64,000 nucleotides of DNA from an uncultured Pseudomonadales bacterium (lineage in GTDB: Bacteria; Pseudomonadota; Gammaproteobacteria; Pseudomonadales; JBECKS01). The stretch covers positions 38,111 through 102,110 of the forward strand of contig CAZKYI010000004.1 of the NCBI GenBank assembly GCA_964557005.1, written 5' to 3'. Numbering within the stretch: the first letter of the stretch is position 1; the number at the start of each line of letters is the position of its first letter. The notes beneath the pieces are model-generated. The model ran no database searches and was not told the DNA's origin. It worked only from the letters and a program-made list of their open reading frames with translations. This document shows, in pieces, positions 1 through 11,398 of the stretch. The translations under genes were made by a program, and so were the position numbers.

Positions 1-64
1 AAAACAGTCAAGAATCCTGCTGCGATAGGCAAGGGTCTGGCTGAACTGACTGGCTGGTAGTTGT

Positions 65-1240
65 ATGCAATCTGCTTATATTGTTTCAGCAAAACGTACT
101 GCGATGGGGGGCTTTCAGGGAAGCTTGTCCAGCATACCGGCACCAGAGTTGGGCGGTATTGCAATCAAGGCTGCTGTCGAGGCAGCAGGCATTGTCAAGT
201 CTGATATAGACGAAGTGTTCATGGGGAGTGTGCTGCAAGCAGGCTTGAAGCAGGCTCCGGCACGTCAGGCCATGATCAATGCAGGGCTTGCCATGGAAAC
301 GGGTGCAACCACTGTGAATAAAGTCTGTGGTTCGGGTATGAAGTCCATCATGCTGGCGAGTGATTTGATTAAAGCGGGTAGCATTCAGCTTGCAGTATCT
401 GGTGGCATGGAGAACATGAGCCTTGCACCTTACATCATGGAAAAAGTGCGTTCAGGTTTACGCATGGGGCATGCCAGCATTAAAGATCATATGTTTCTGG
501 ATGGTCTGGAAGATTGGCAAACCGCCGATGCAATGGGCTGTTTTGCTCAAGCCATGTCGGAAACCTATCAGTTTAGCCGGGCACAAATGGACGATTATGC
601 CATTCACTCTTTAAAGCGCGCCCAGCATGCAATTGCGGGAGGTTATTTTGATGCGGAGATTGTTCCTGTACAGGTTCAAACACGTAAAGGTGATGTGGAA
701 GTCAAAGTAGATGAGCAGCCAGGCAATGCCAATATTGAAAAAATTCCGAGTCTCAAACCTGCATTCAGGAAAGATGGTACGGTGACAGCAGCCAATTCGA
801 GTTCTATTTCGGATGGTGCTTCGGCTTTGGTCATCGCAGGTGGAGCCTATATTCAAGAGAAGGGTTTGAAACCTTTGGCAAAAGTGATTGCCCATGCAAC
901 CAATTCGCGCTTGCCCGAAGAGTTTACAATCGCACCCGTGGGTGCCATTCAAAAAGTTTTGAACAAGGCTGGCTGGCAAGTGAGTGATGTCGATTTATTT
1001 GAAATCAACGAAGCCTTTGCAATGGTCGCTATGGCAGCCATTCATGACTTGGGTCTGGATCATGGCCGAGTCAACGTGAATGGCGGCGCGTGTGCTTTGG
1101 GTCATCCATTAGGTTCTTCAGGCTCACGTATTGTCGTCACCTTGATTCACGAACTAAGGCGGCGCGGTTTGAAGCGTGGTGTAGCCAGCTTGTGTATAGG
1201 CGGCGGAGAAGCGACAGCTCTGGCTATAGAGTTAGTGTGA
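65..1240 (+). CDS. acetyl-CoA C-acetyltransferase (thiolase II)
   Basis: 391-aa ORF. It has the thiolase nucleophile context VNKVCGSGMKS and the C-terminal motifs NVNGGACALGHPLGSSG and CIGGGEATA. Confidence 0.93.
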   Translation: MQSAYIVSAKRTAMGGFQGSLSSIPAPELGGIAIKAAVEAAGIVKSDIDEVFMGSVLQAGLKQAPARQAMINAGLAMETGATTVNKVCGSGMKSIMLASDLIKAGSIQLAVSGGMENMSLAPYIMEKVRSGLRMGHASIKDHMFLDGLEDWQTADAMGCFAQAMSETYQFSRAQMDDYAIHSLKRAQHAIAGGYFDAEIVPVQVQTRKGDVEVKVDEQPGNANIEKIPSLKPAFRKDGTVTAANSSSISDGASALVIAGGAYIQEKGLKPLAKVIAHATNSRLPEEFTIAPVGAIQKVLNKAGWQVSDVDLFEINEAFAMVAMAAIHDLGLDHGRVNVNGGACALGHPLGSSGSRIVVTLIHELRRRGLKRGVASLCIGGGEATALAIELV

Positions 1241-1322
1241 AACTTTAACAAGCCTTGCTAAAGCAATGTGCTTCTTGTAATTTCGTTGAACATTACAAGA
1301 CTGTTGGGAGTTAAAACAGCGC

Positions 1323-2843
1323 ATGGATATTTTGTTTATTCTGCTCGGTGTGGCGATATTTTTTGCGGCTGCAGCAGTATTTGCCATCGACCATTTTGAA
1401 ATCCATCCGGCACAGGCAGCCGTGTCATTTGCGTTACCGCCTTTTGCGTGGTGGCTTTATTACCATCATTGGCGGCGTGCCCGAATCATAGCGCTTACAC
1501 AATTTATTGCATTCTTGCTGGTGCTGGGCGGTTTCGGTATGAAGCTGCTGTTCCCTGCAAAGCAAATTGAATTTTCTTCTACCGTTACAAACACAGCCAT
1601 TCAGCAATCAGGCCGTATGCCCTATGTCGGTTCTGATCAATCATTAAGAGATTTGGCACAGGCAGAAAGAAAAAGCAGGGGTTTGAACGGGCGCTTGAAG
1701 GGGCAAGCAATCCAGTTTATGTCTGATAAAGATGTCGCCGAATTTGATTTCCAGGGCACATTGAGAATCAAACTCGGTAAAAATTTCTTTGGCGATTTTG
1801 AGCTTGCAATAGAGCTGGGGCAGATTCCGGAAATGTCTGTTAAATCGTGGAGTAAAACCATCCGTGCAGATTCGCGTGATGCACCAGCCATTTATCTTTC
1901 GTGGCTGGATAAACAGGAAGGCACCATTAAATCGCTCAAGTTTGAATCTGGTTACATCATGGATTTAAAACTCACCCATGAGGAATACAACTTCTTTTCG
2001 GGTTACATGCAACTGATTTTGCCTGATCCCGATTACAGTTTTCTGGTAGGTAATTTTCCTGTCTACAGTTCGCGTTTGAGATTTCATGGAGAAGGCATTA
2101 TTCGTGATCATGATTCGGTTGAAACGCTGGAAGTTATCGCCAATCAAAGTTTGAAAACCACTTACAGGAAAGAAGTGGATACGGTTTATGGTTTTCAGGA
2201 AACCAGCATTGATTTCAGAACGGGTGATGGTATCGGGCGTAGCAATGTTATTTTGAAAAACAGGGAAGGGCTTCTGAAACGTGTTCCGCTGGTTTTTTAT
2301 AAAAATGAGCAAGGTTGGTATCTTGATGTCAAAGGTTTGAGAGATGTCATTAAAAGTAAAGACGATTTGATTGCTACACTGCCCAATAATTTGAGTAAGG
2401 CATTGGAAGTGGATTTCAGGAATATCGGTGATATTCATCTTGCTGAAATCGAGCGCGAAGTTGAGCCGGTGAGTGTGAGTGAAGTGGCAGTACAGGAGCG
2501 TGCTGCAAGGGTGAATGAGGTCACCGAACCTGTTGCCAAGGCACAACCGCCTGATACCGAGGCTGCTGACATTCTTCGCATTGATATTGCAACTCAGGAA
2601 GAACAAATACCCGAATTATTAAAAAGTATTATGAATGTCGAGGTTGAGCTGCAAAGTATCGATGGCAAGTTCAAGAACGGCGTGTACGTCGGTGTTCATC
2701 GAAAACAGGTGGTTCTTGAAACAGGTGTGGGTGGTGGCCTTGTTGAATTTTTAACAGAGTATCGCAAAGTGAAATCAATACGTGTGCTCAATGCGCCGAA
2801 TCGCCGTCCACAGAAGATAGAGTTTTATTCTTCAGCCCCTTGA
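1323..2843 (+). CDS. hypothetical membrane-anchored protein (about 3 N-terminal TM helices plus a roughly 420-aa soluble part)
   Basis: 506-aa ORF filling the whole thiolase-htpG gap. The N-terminus is hydrophobic (ILFILLGVAIFFAAAAVFAI, FALPPFAWWLYY, LTQFIAFLLVLGGFGMKLLF). I recognise no domain signature. Confidence 0.6.
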   Translation: MDILFILLGVAIFFAAAAVFAIDHFEIHPAQAAVSFALPPFAWWLYYHHWRRARIIALTQFIAFLLVLGGFGMKLLFPAKQIEFSSTVTNTAIQQSGRMPYVGSDQSLRDLAQAERKSRGLNGRLKGQAIQFMSDKDVAEFDFQGTLRIKLGKNFFGDFELAIELGQIPEMSVKSWSKTIRADSRDAPAIYLSWLDKQEGTIKSLKFESGYIMDLKLTHEEYNFFSGYMQLILPDPDYSFLVGNFPVYSSRLRFHGEGIIRDHDSVETLEVIANQSLKTTYRKEVDTVYGFQETSIDFRTGDGIGRSNVILKNREGLLKRVPLVFYKNEQGWYLDVKGLRDVIKSKDDLIATLPNNLSKALEVDFRNIGDIHLAEIEREVEPVSVSEVAVQERAARVNEVTEPVAKAQPPDTEAADILRIDIATQEEQIPELLKSIMNVEVELQSIDGKFKNGVYVGVHRKQVVLETGVGGGLVEFLTEYRKVKSIRVLNAPNRRPQKIEFYSSAP

Positions 2844-2855
2844 TTATTTGTACGG

Positions 2856-2883
2856 TTGAAATTTTTTGCTTAATCCCAATTAT
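2856..2883 (+). promoter_or_regulatory. candidate sigma32 (heat-shock) promoter of htpG
   Basis: TTGAAA (2856-2861), a 13-nt spacer, then CCCAATTAT (2875-2883), compared with the consensus CTTGAAA-N13-15-CCCCATNT. It lies about 55 nt upstream of the htpG ATG. Confidence 0.45.
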
Positions 2884-2937
2884 CAGGCTTCCTGATTTGT
2901 TTTATTTTCTAAAAATCTTAATGGAGCATGTTAATCA

Positions 2938-4863
2938 ATGAGTACGGTCAGTCATTCAAAAGAAACCCTTGGCTTTCAAACCGAAGTAAAACAATTACTG
3001 CATTTAATGATTCATTCTCTTTACGGGAATAAAGAAGTGTTCTTGCGTGAACTGGTTTCAAATGCTTCCGATGCCGCAGATAAATTACGTTTTGAAGCGC
3101 TTGCAAATGAACAGCTTTTGGAGGGGGATGCTGAATTAAAAATCCGCATTGAATTCGATAAGGAAGCGAAAATTATCGTTATTCGAGATAACGGCATCGG
3201 CATGAGCCGTGAAGAAGTTATCAGTCATTTGGGTACCATTGCCAAATCTGGCACAGCAGATTTTCTTTCAAAATTAAGTGGCGATCAGAAGAAAGACAGC
3301 AAGTTAATTGGTCAATTCGGAATGGGTTTTTATTCCGCCTTTATTGTGGCGCATAAGGTAGAGGTGCGTACCCGCAGAGCAGGGCTTGCTGCGGAAGAGG
3401 CTGTGTTATGGGTTTCCGAAGGCGAGGGTGAGTTCACTGTCGAATCCATTCACAAAGCTGAACGAGGTACCGAAATTATTCTACATTTAAGAGAAGAAGA
3501 TTTGGAATTTGCAGATGCTTTTCGTTTAAGAGGCATTATCAATCGCTATTCCGATCATCTTTCCTTGCCGATTGAAATGCGTAAAGAAGTTGCGCCAGCG
3601 ATGACAGGTGATGACGAAGCGGCAGAAGAAAAACAAACTTTACCTGAATATGAAGTGGTCAATACCGCGAAAGCGTTATGGTTACGTTCCCGTTCTGAAA
3701 TCAAGGATGAGGAATATCAGGAATTCTACAAACATATTGCGCATGATTATAAAGATGCGCTGGTGCATAGTCATAACAAGGTGGAAGGCAAACTCGAATA
3801 CACCAGTTTGTTGTTTGTGCCAGAGCACGCACCTTTCGATTTATATAACCGCGAAGCCCCTAAGGGTTTGAAGCTTTATGTGCAACGCGTATTTATCATG
3901 GACGATGCCGAACAATTCCTGCCTTTATATTTACGTTTTATCAAGGGCGTGGTCGATTCCAATGATTTACCTTTGAATGTTTCGCGTGAAATTCTGCAAA
4001 ATTCTCCAGCTATCGACAATATGAAAAGTGCGCTGACCAAGCGTGTGCTGGATATGCTTGAAAAGCTTGCAAAGAATGATAAGGAAAAATATCAAACATT
4101 TTGGAAAGAGTTCGGTCAGGTACTTAAAGAAGGCACGGGCGAAGATTATTCCAATCGTGAAAAAATTTCCAAATTACTGCGCTTTTCAACAACGCATACC
4201 AACTCTGCTGAACAAACAGAATCATTTGATGATTACATTGCCCGCATGAAGGAAGGGGATAACAAAATTTACTTTGCAACAGCAGAAAATTTCTCATCGG
4301 TCAGTAAAAGTCCGCATCTGGAAGTATTCAGGAAGCGCGGTATTGAAGTCGTGTTGCTCCATGATCGTATCGACGAATGGATGATGGGCAATTTGTTTGA
4401 ATACGATGGAAAATCTTTTGTGGATATTGCCAAAGGCGATTTGGATTTGGGTGAATTAAGCGAAGAAGAAAAGCAGGTTCAGGAAAATATTGTCAAGGAA
4501 AATGAAGATTTGATTGAGCGCATCAAACAGGCTTTGGCAGACAAGGTTGCCGATGTCAAAGTATCTTCGCGTCTGGTCGATTCACCAGCGTGTCTGGTGT
4601 TAGGTGCTCACGATATGGGTTTTCAAATGCGCATGTTGATGAAACAGGCAGGGCAGTTTGTACCTGAGAGCAAACCTGTTTTTGAATTTAATGCCGAGCA
4701 CCCCTTGATTAAAAAGATGGATCAGGAGAGTGACGAAGATAAATTCAGAAACTTCAGCCTGATGTTGTTTGATCAGGCTTTATTGGCGGAAGGCGGCAGT
4801 ATTGATGATCCGGCTGCTTATGTTGATCGGGTCAATAAAATTCTTTTGGCGAGTATGGTCTGA
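2938..4863 (+). CDS. htpG: molecular chaperone HtpG (Hsp90)
   Basis: 641 aa. N-terminal GHKL ATPase signatures [27 protein letters not shown] and DNGIGM, with full-length Hsp90 architecture. Confidence 0.97.
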   Translation: MSTVSHSKETLGFQTEVKQLLHLMIHSLYGNKEVFLRELVSNASDAADKLRFEALANEQLLEGDAELKIRIEFDKEAKIIVIRDNGIGMSREEVISHLGTIAKSGTADFLSKLSGDQKKDSKLIGQFGMGFYSAFIVAHKVEVRTRRAGLAAEEAVLWVSEGEGEFTVESIHKAERGTEIILHLREEDLEFADAFRLRGIINRYSDHLSLPIEMRKEVAPAMTGDDEAAEEKQTLPEYEVVNTAKALWLRSRSEIKDEEYQEFYKHIAHDYKDALVHSHNKVEGKLEYTSLLFVPEHAPFDLYNREAPKGLKLYVQRVFIMDDAEQFLPLYLRFIKGVVDSNDLPLNVSREILQNSPAIDNMKSALTKRVLDMLEKLAKNDKEKYQTFWKEFGQVLKEGTGEDYSNREKISKLLRFSTTHTNSAEQTESFDDYIARMKEGDNKIYFATAENFSSVSKSPHLEVFRKRGIEVVLLHDRIDEWMMGNLFEYDGKSFVDIAKGDLDLGELSEEEKQVQENIVKENEDLIERIKQALADKVADVKVSSRLVDSPACLVLGAHDMGFQMRMLMKQAGQFVPESKPVFEFNAEHPLIKKMDQESDEDKFRNFSLMLFDQALLAEGGSIDDPAAYVDRVNKILLASMV

Positions 4864-4880
4864 TACACAACGAGTAAACA

Positions 4881-5900
4881 ATGCAAGCTAAAAAAATAAC
4901 CGTTATCGGCGCAGGAAGTTTTGGCAGTGTTCTTGCGAATATTCTCGCCGAGAATGGTCATAATGTGCATGTGTATTTGCGTTCACTGGAACATTGTGAA
5001 CAATTAAAAAGTACAAGAAAAAATCAACGCTATCTCGATAATTTTATTTTTGAACCAGGCATTGTATTTGATAATAAACTGGACATTGCTCTGGAAAATG
5101 CTGATTTGATTTTTATAGCAGTACCCAGCAAGGCATTTCGAGCAATCCTGCCTGAAATAAAACGCTTTATTCCTGAAAACTGTGGCATTGTTTCTACTGC
5201 CAAAGGTGTCGAACCTCAAAGTTTCAAACTGATGACACAAGTGATTCAGGAAGAACTTCCTGCGCACAGGGTTGCGGCGTTAAGTGGCCCCAATCTGGCG
5301 GCAGAGATTGCCAGAAAAGAACTGACAGGCAGTGTGGTTGCCAGTGTTAGCCCTGAATTCAATAAGGAAATTCAAAGTGTACTGGCCTCAAAATATTTCA
5401 GGGTATATGACAATGAAGATATTTTCGGTGTCGAATTGGCGGGCGCTTTGAAAAATATTTATGCCATTGCCGCAGGTATGGCACATGCTTTGGGTATGGG
5501 CGAAAACGCGCGTAGCATGTTGCTGACACGCTCACTTGCTGAAATGTCACGCTTTGCGGTTTCTCTGGGTGCGAACCCCATGACCTTTCTGGGTTTGGCA
5601 GGCGTAGGTGATTTGTTTGTTACCTGTTCTTCACCTTTGAGCAGAAACTTCAGATTGGGTACATTGGTGGCTCAAGGTAAGTTGGCCGAAGTTGCAATCA
5701 AGGAAATAGGCTCAACGGTGGAAGGCTATCTCACAGTAAAAAGCGTTTGCGAGGAAGCAGCGAAGCGCAACATCTATATGCCACTCGCTACCGCTTTGTA
5801 TCAAGTCTTATATGAACAGGCCAATATCGCTGATCTGGTCAAGAGCTTAATGCTCGGTGAAAGTAATCATGATGTGGAATTTTCAGGAGCATCTTCTTGA
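4881..5900 (+). CDS. gpsA: NAD(P)H-dependent glycerol-3-phosphate dehydrogenase
   Basis: 339 aa. Rossmann motif VIGAGSFGS and GpsA signature ELAGALKNIYAIAAGM. Confidence 0.93.
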   Translation: MQAKKITVIGAGSFGSVLANILAENGHNVHVYLRSLEHCEQLKSTRKNQRYLDNFIFEPGIVFDNKLDIALENADLIFIAVPSKAFRAILPEIKRFIPENCGIVSTAKGVEPQSFKLMTQVIQEELPAHRVAALSGPNLAAEIARKELTGSVVASVSPEFNKEIQSVLASKYFRVYDNEDIFGVELAGALKNIYAIAAGMAHALGMGENARSMLLTRSLAEMSRFAVSLGANPMTFLGLAGVGDLFVTCSSPLSRNFRLGTLVAQGKLAEVAIKEIGSTVEGYLTVKSVCEEAAKRNIYMPLATALYQVLYEQANIADLVKSLMLGESNHDVEFSGASS

Positions 5901-6370
5901 AAACACTTTTTCTGATGCGTCATGGCGACGCGCCACAAGCAAAGCATGATGCCGAGCGTATGTTAAGCAAGTTGGGTAGGGCGCAATGCCGCTCAGTGGC
6001 GCAAAAAATTTCACATGCAAACATTGGCAAGTGTTTGACCAGTGATTATCAGCGAGCGATTGAGAGTGCATCTGAATTGTGTTCCGCTTTAAATATTCAA
6101 ATTGAGTTGAACCAAACGGAACGCTTGCGTCCGACAGCCAGTTTGAACGCTGCGGTGAATTTGATTTGTGAACAACTCGACATATTGGATGATGGCGCTT
6201 TACTTGTTGTATTTCATTTGCCGATTATCTCTGAAGTCGCGAGTATGCTGATTGATGGCAACATGCATAAAAATTATGCCTTCCCTGTGGCCAGTGTGCT
6301 TGAGCTAACAACCGATATTCCGGTAGCGGGCTTGTTTAAAAAAGTAACGCACCATCTTCCCGAGTGTTGA
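5897..6370 (+). CDS. sixA: phosphohistidine phosphatase SixA
   Basis: 157 aa. The N-terminus LFLMRHGDA is the His-phosphatase RHG motif. A TTG start overlaps the gpsA stop by 4 nt. Confidence 0.8.
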   Translation: MKTLFLMRHGDAPQAKHDAERMLSKLGRAQCRSVAQKISHANIGKCLTSDYQRAIESASELCSALNIQIELNQTERLRPTASLNAAVNLICEQLDILDDGALLVVFHLPIISEVASMLIDGNMHKNYAFPVASVLELTTDIPVAGLFKKVTHHLPEC

Positions 6371-6379
6371 AGTTTCACA

Positions 6380-7276
6380 ATGTTGTTCAATACAGAAGCT
6401 CAGGAACTCGAAATTCAAACCACCCATCTGAAATTTTCAGCGAAAGTCTGGCACCCTGAAATTGTTGATGAAAACCTGACCATCATAGCGATTCATGGCT
6501 GGCTGGATAATGCAGAAAGTTTTTCGCTACTTGCGCCCTTGTTGGAAGGATACCGAATTATTGCAGTAGATTTATGTGGTCACGGCAAAAGTGATCATCG
6601 TCCAGCGGGTGTGCCTTATCATTTTGTCGATTATGTTGCGGATATTTTTTATATTGCAAATGCCTTGGGTATCCATCGATTTCATTTGTTAGGACATTCT
6701 CTCGGTGGCAATATCGCGAGCATCATGGCCGCTACCTATCCTGAAAAAGTTTTATCGTTGATGTTGATAGAAGGCTTTGGTCCTGTCACCAGAAAGATAG
6801 AAGAAACGGCTTTGAATTTACGTGAGTCGACAGAAAAATTTATTGCCCATGATTCCAAAAAGCGTCGTTATGCCGAATTTTCCAGTCTGGTGAAGGCGCG
6901 TCTGCAAGGTCGTTGGCCGCTGACAGAAGAAGCCGCAGAACTTCTGTGTAAACGAGGCAGTGTTGAAAAAGACGGAAAATTCAGCTGGAGCAGTGATGCG
7001 GCAATTAACTACACCAGCCCCTTGAGAATGAGTGAGCAGCAAGCGGCTTTTATGCGTTCGCAAATTGTGTGCGCCACTTTATTGATTATTGGTGAGCAAG
7101 GTATTGCACCTCAGCTTAATGATAACAGAGCGCCCCTAAATGAATTTAAAAACAGGCAAGTGCATCGCATGCAGGGGCATCACCATCTGCATATGGAAAG
7201 AGCTCAGTTGCCAGAGTTAAGCGAAAGGCTTTTAAACTTTCTGCAAGTGCACAGTGATGCGCTGATTGCTTACTAG
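6380..7276 (+). CDS. alpha/beta-fold hydrolase
   Basis: 298 aa. HGWLDN oxyanion region and nucleophile elbow GHSLGG. Confidence 0.85.
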   Translation: MLFNTEAQELEIQTTHLKFSAKVWHPEIVDENLTIIAIHGWLDNAESFSLLAPLLEGYRIIAVDLCGHGKSDHRPAGVPYHFVDYVADIFYIANALGIHRFHLLGHSLGGNIASIMAATYPEKVLSLMLIEGFGPVTRKIEETALNLRESTEKFIAHDSKKRRYAEFSSLVKARLQGRWPLTEEAAELLCKRGSVEKDGKFSWSSDAAINYTSPLRMSEQQAAFMRSQIVCATLLIIGEQGIAPQLNDNRAPLNEFKNRQVHRMQGHHHLHMERAQLPELSERLLNFLQVHSDALIAY

Positions 7277-7815
7277 CTTTGAATTAAAGCAAGAAATTCT
7301 GCACGCGTGCGGTGATCTTCACGAAAGGTGCCTAACATCACCGAAGTTTTCATGGAAGAATTTTGTTTTTCTACACCACGCATCATCATGCACATGTGTT
7401 TGGCTTCAACAATCACACCCACACCTTTGGCCTGAGTGACTTGCATCACGGCTTCAGCAATCTGGCGCGTGAGATTTTCCTGAATCTGCAAGCGACGTGC
7501 AAACATGTCGGTAATGCGTGCAAACTTTGAAAGCCCGAGAACTTTGCCTGCCGGAAGGTAAGCAATATGGCATTTTCCAACAAAGGGCAGCATGTGATGT
7601 TCACACATGGAATAGAGTTCAATGTCTTTTACGAGCACCAGCTCATCACTGTCTGACGCGAATATCGCATTGTTCACGATGGTGTCGAGTTTTTGGTGAT
7701 AGCCTTGCGTGAGAAATTTCATTGCTTTGGCGGCACGCTTGGGTGTATCCAGCAAACCTTCTCTTTGAGGGTCTTCGCCAATCTGTTCAATCATTTGTTT
7801 GAAAAGCTGTTCCAT
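7273..7815 (-). CDS. folE: GTP cyclohydrolase I
   Basis: 180 aa. [18 protein letters not shown] signature. Confidence 0.95.
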   Translation of the reverse strand: MEQLFKQMIEQIGEDPQREGLLDTPKRAAKAMKFLTQGYHQKLDTIVNNAIFASDSDELVLVKDIELYSMCEHHMLPFVGKCHIAYLPAGKVLGLSKFARITDMFARRLQIQENLTRQIAEAVMQVTQAKGVGVIVEAKHMCMMMRGVEKQNSSMKTSVMLGTFREDHRTRAEFLALIQS

Positions 7816-7930
7816 AACAACATTTGCCTGTTTGTTTTGAAGAGTTGAAAGGTACGCTGCTGCTTCTTAAAAATCAATGACATATACTTGTGTCACGAAA
7901 GTGAATGGTGTTTTTACGGATTTTTATCTC

Positions 7931-8836
7931 ATGACTTCCAACGCTACTTTAAAAACAGTCGAACAATTTCTGCTGTGGGCTGAATCGGAATTGACAGATG
8001 CACACGTGTATTTGGGACATGGCTTTGATAATACCTGGGACGAAGCACTGGCGCTGATGTTGAAAGTGCTTGAGCTGGGTTGGGATGCAGGGAGTGAAAT
8101 TCTCCAGCAGGTTTTGAGTGAGGCACAACGTGATTTATTTTGTACCTTGCTCGCTGCGCGCATTGAGCAACGAGTGCCTGTTGCTTATCTTGTTAATGAA
8201 TCGTGGTTTTGTGGCATGCCTTTTTATGTGACTGGCGATGTACTGATTCCAAGATCACCTTTGGCAGAATTGATTGAAGATGGTTTTTCACTTTGGTTTC
8301 CTGATGAGCCGCCACAACAGATTCTCGATTTGTGTACAGGTTCGGGTTGTATTGCCATTGCCTGTGCACAGTTTTTGCCAGATGCACAGGTAGATGCGAG
8401 TGACTTGTCAGAGAAGGCGCTCGACATCGCACACATCAATGTTAAACACTATCAATTACAGGAGCGTGTGCAGCTTGTTTGCTCTGATTTGTTTCGTGAT
8501 ATACCGCTGAAACACTATGATGTGATTGTGAGCAATCCACCTTATGTCGATGCGCAGGATATGGCAGTGTTGCCCAAAGAATATTTGCATGAGCCACGTG
8601 TGGCACTGGAAGCAGGGCAGGATGGTTTGCGTTGTGTGCATGAAATTCTCAAACAGGCAGCTACTTATTTGAGTGAGCGAGGTGTGCTGATTGTGGAAGT
8701 CGGTAATTCACAAGCAGCGGTGATGGAAGCTTATGAAAACTGGCCTTTTGTCTGGCTGGAATTTGAACGAGGTGGGCAGGGTGTGTTCGCCATTGATAAA
8801 CAACAACTTGTACACTGCTTGGCTCACACACTTTAA
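7931..8836 (+). CDS. prmB: 50S ribosomal protein L3 glutamine N5-methyltransferase
   Basis: The ORF track starts at 7877, but the ATG at 7931 (MTSNATLKTVEQF...) fits PrmB N-termini better. It has the YLGHGFDNTWDEA region, a SAM-binding motif DLCTGSGCI and the NPPY motif. Confidence 0.9.
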   Translation: MTSNATLKTVEQFLLWAESELTDAHVYLGHGFDNTWDEALALMLKVLELGWDAGSEILQQVLSEAQRDLFCTLLAARIEQRVPVAYLVNESWFCGMPFYVTGDVLIPRSPLAELIEDGFSLWFPDEPPQQILDLCTGSGCIAIACAQFLPDAQVDASDLSEKALDIAHINVKHYQLQERVQLVCSDLFRDIPLKHYDVIVSNPPYVDAQDMAVLPKEYLHEPRVALEAGQDGLRCVHEILKQAATYLSERGVLIVEVGNSQAAVMEAYENWPFVWLEFERGGQGVFAIDKQQLVHCLAHTL

Positions 8837-8881
8837 AACAGGCTATAATCTTCAACACCTTTTTTAAACGGAAATAAATTC

Positions 8882-9979
8882 ATGTCAGGTAATACCATAG
8901 GCAAACTTTTTACAGTGACCACTGCGGGTGAAAGTCATGGTGAGGCTTTGTGCTGTATTGTAGATGGTTGTCCGCCAGGCATGCCGTTGACAGAAGCCGA
9001 TATGCAGGTGGACCTTGATCGCCGCAAGCCGGGTACATCCAAATATTCAACACAAAGAAAAGAAGAGGATGCTGTCAGAATTCTTTCAGGTGTGTTTGAA
9101 GGGCATACCACCGGCACACCGATTACCTTGTTGATTGAAAACACCAACCAGAAATCAAAAGACTATGGTGAAATCAAAAATGCGTTCCGCCCCGGGCATG
9201 CAGATTTCACTTATTTCCATAAGTATGGCCTGCGTGATTATCGTGGCGGTGGGCGTTCCAGTGCACGCGAAACGGCCATGCGTGTTGCAGCGGGTGCCAT
9301 CGCCAAAAAATATCTCAAACAAAGTTTTGGTATGGAAATTCGAGGCTATATGGCGCAGATGGGGCACTTGAAAGCTTCAGCGCACAGTTGTGAAAATCCT
9401 GACTGGAATCTGGTGAACAGTAATCCTTTCTTCTGTCCTGATGAAGCCTTGTTACCTGAACTTGAAGCACTGATTGATGCGCTTAGAAAAGCAGGGAGTT
9501 CCATCGGTGCGAAAATCAATGTGCAAGTGACTCACATGCCTGTAGGTTTGGGCGAGCCTGTGTTTGATCGTCTTGATGCAGATTTGGCCAAAGCATTAAT
9601 GAGCATCAATGCCGTGAAAGGTGTGAGTGTGGGTGATGGTTTTGATGTGATTGAACAACGTGGTGAACAACATCGTGATGAACAAACGCACAAGGGTTTT
9701 CTGAGTAATCATGCTGGCGGTATTCTGGGTGGTATTTCCAGTGGGCAGGATTTGTTAGTGTCACTTGCACTGAAACCGACTTCTTCCATTATGGTGCCTG
9801 GAAAAACGCTCAATGAAGCGGGTGAAGAAATCGAACTGGTGACCAAAGGTCGCCATGACCCTTGTGTTGGTGTGCGTGCCACACCGATTGCCGAAGCGAT
9901 GGTCGCCTTGGTTCTGATGGATCATTTGTTACGGCATCGTGCCCAGAATTTTGATCGCATAAGCTGCACTGACCGATAG
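8882..9979 (+). CDS. aroC: chorismate synthase
   Basis: 365 aa. [12 protein letters not shown]-terminus and [15 protein letters not shown] motif. Confidence 0.96.
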   Translation: MSGNTIGKLFTVTTAGESHGEALCCIVDGCPPGMPLTEADMQVDLDRRKPGTSKYSTQRKEEDAVRILSGVFEGHTTGTPITLLIENTNQKSKDYGEIKNAFRPGHADFTYFHKYGLRDYRGGGRSSARETAMRVAAGAIAKKYLKQSFGMEIRGYMAQMGHLKASAHSCENPDWNLVNSNPFFCPDEALLPELEALIDALRKAGSSIGAKINVQVTHMPVGLGEPVFDRLDADLAKALMSINAVKGVSVGDGFDVIEQRGEQHRDEQTHKGFLSNHAGGILGGISSGQDLLVSLALKPTSSIMVPGKTLNEAGEEIELVTKGRHDPCVGVRATPIAEAMVALVLMDHLLRHRAQNFDRISCTDR

Positions 9980-11398
9980 TTCGGGAATCTCTACGCGCAG
10001 TTGATGGTTGTTGTATGACCACTTGGGGCTTTGCGTACAGCCCAGTATCTGCACATCGTTGACCTTGAGATTTTTCAGTTTTGTCAGGGTAACAACAGAG
10101 CCCTTGGGTTTTTCAAGCAGGACGGCAAACAGGGTATTGTCCTTGCGGGTAAAGCGCACAGGAATACCTTCTGCTGTTTTCCCTTCGGCACGAATCCAGG
10201 GGCGAGTATCAAACACTGCCTCGCCGTTGATGCGCAACCAGTCGCCCAGTTTCAGTAATACCTGTTTTTGCATTTCGGGAATGGAGCCGTCGGCACGGGG
10301 GCCGACATTCAACAGCATGTTGCCGTTTTTGCTGACGATATCCACAAACATGCGTATCAGTTCATCGGCATCAATGTGGTCGTGTTCGTCTTCAAACTGA
10401 TTGTAGCCGAAGGAGTGGCCGATGCCGCGTGTCAGTTCCCATTTGTCTTTTTGAATGCGCAGGAAAATGGAGTATTCGGGTGTGCGGTAATCAAAGTGTG
10501 TCAGTTTGGGAGCGACCACGGGTCGTTTGACGAAATAATGTTGAATCATCCACGAGGCGGCCACGTTGACGGCTTTCAGTGAGGCACCGAAGCGGTAGAG
10601 TTTGTTGAAGGGTATCCAGCGATCATTCACCACACCTTCGGGCAGGGTGTTGTAGTAATGGGCAAACAGTTCATTAAGTTTGCCCTTGGCGGGATAGCCG
10701 ATGTCGTTCCACAGAATCCACGGTTTATATTTGTTAATCAATTCCATCCAGTGCCGGTCTGCGTATTGCGCGTAGGCTTTTGATGAAGGGCCGTTATTGA
10801 CGAGACTGGCAAAGGAGTTGACGTAGCGTTGTGTGAATGACCAGTCGAGTACGCCCGAATAATACAGGCCGAGTTTGATGGATTTTTTCTCCAGTGCATT
10901 TTTTAATTCTTGCGGAATATCGCGGGTACTGTGGTAGTTGGGCATGTCGGGATGCGGATGCTCGGTTGGCCACAGTGCAAAGCCATCGTGATGCTTGGCG
11001 GTAATTACAGCGTATCTGGCACCGACCTGATGAAACAGTTCCGCCCACTCGTGCGGATTCCATTTTTCTGCCTGTTGATTGAAATCATTTGCAAAATCAA
11101 AATAGGATTTTTGTTTTCCGTAAGTTTGTTCGTGGTATTTCTGCGTGGGGCTGTTGTTAATGCGCAGTGAATTCAAATACCACTCACCGTAAGGATTATT
11201 GTGATAAAAATATTTAACACCCTTTTGTTGAATCATCTCCGTCATGGTGCCTTGCTTGCACACACCAAAAGCGGGCACTGAATAAAGCCCCCAATGAATG
11301 AAAATGCCCAGCTTGGCGTTGTGATACCAGTCAGGAACCTGATGTGTTTTTAATGACGCATTGTCAGGTGTGAAGGTCATGGAATGCCCTGCGTACAT
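9929..11398 (-). CDS. alpha-L-fucosidase (GH29 family), apparently cytoplasmic
   Basis: 489 aa. GH29-like blocks [15 protein letters not shown] and [12 protein letters not shown]. No N-terminal signal peptide is visible. Confidence 0.8.
   Translation of the reverse strand: MYAGHSMTFTPDNASLKTHQVPDWYHNAKLGIFIHWGLYSVPAFGVCKQGTMTEMIQQKGVKYFYHNNPYGEWYLNSLRINNSPTQKYHEQTYGKQKSYFDFANDFNQQAEKWNPHEWAELFHQVGARYAVITAKHHDGFALWPTEHPHPDMPNYHSTRDIPQELKNALEKKSIKLGLYYSGVLDWSFTQRYVNSFASLVNNGPSSKAYAQYADRHWMELINKYKPWILWNDIGYPAKGKLNELFAHYYNTLPEGVVNDRWIPFNKLYRFGASLKAVNVAASWMIQHYFVKRPVVAPKLTHFDYRTPEYSIFLRIQKDKWELTRGIGHSFGYNQFEDEHDHIDADELIRMFVDIVSKNGNMLLNVGPRADGSIPEMQKQVLLKLGDWLRINGEAVFDTRPWIRAEGKTAEGIPVRFTRKDNTLFAVLLEKPKGSVVTLTKLKNLKVNDVQILGCTQSPKWSYNNHQLRVEIPELSVSAAYAIKILGTMP

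Noticed and set aside
1274-1299. 8-bp hairpin CTTGTAAT-N10-ATTACAAG after the thiolase gene
   Set aside because: It has no T-run and AT-rich arms. It could be a weak terminator or nothing, so there is not enough evidence to annotate it.
1965-2606. 213-aa ORF antisense to the 506-aa hypothetical gene. The same class includes 16670-17176, 20192-20806, 23137-23613, 40001-40585, 41161-41742, 45746-46255, 48779-49204, 54562-55071, 59630-60250 and 62233-63205.
   Set aside because: These are shadow ORFs lying entirely inside well-supported genes on the opposite strand. Their composition is skewed and low-complexity (rich in C, H, R, F), and they have no recognisable motifs and no Shine-Dalgarno sequences.
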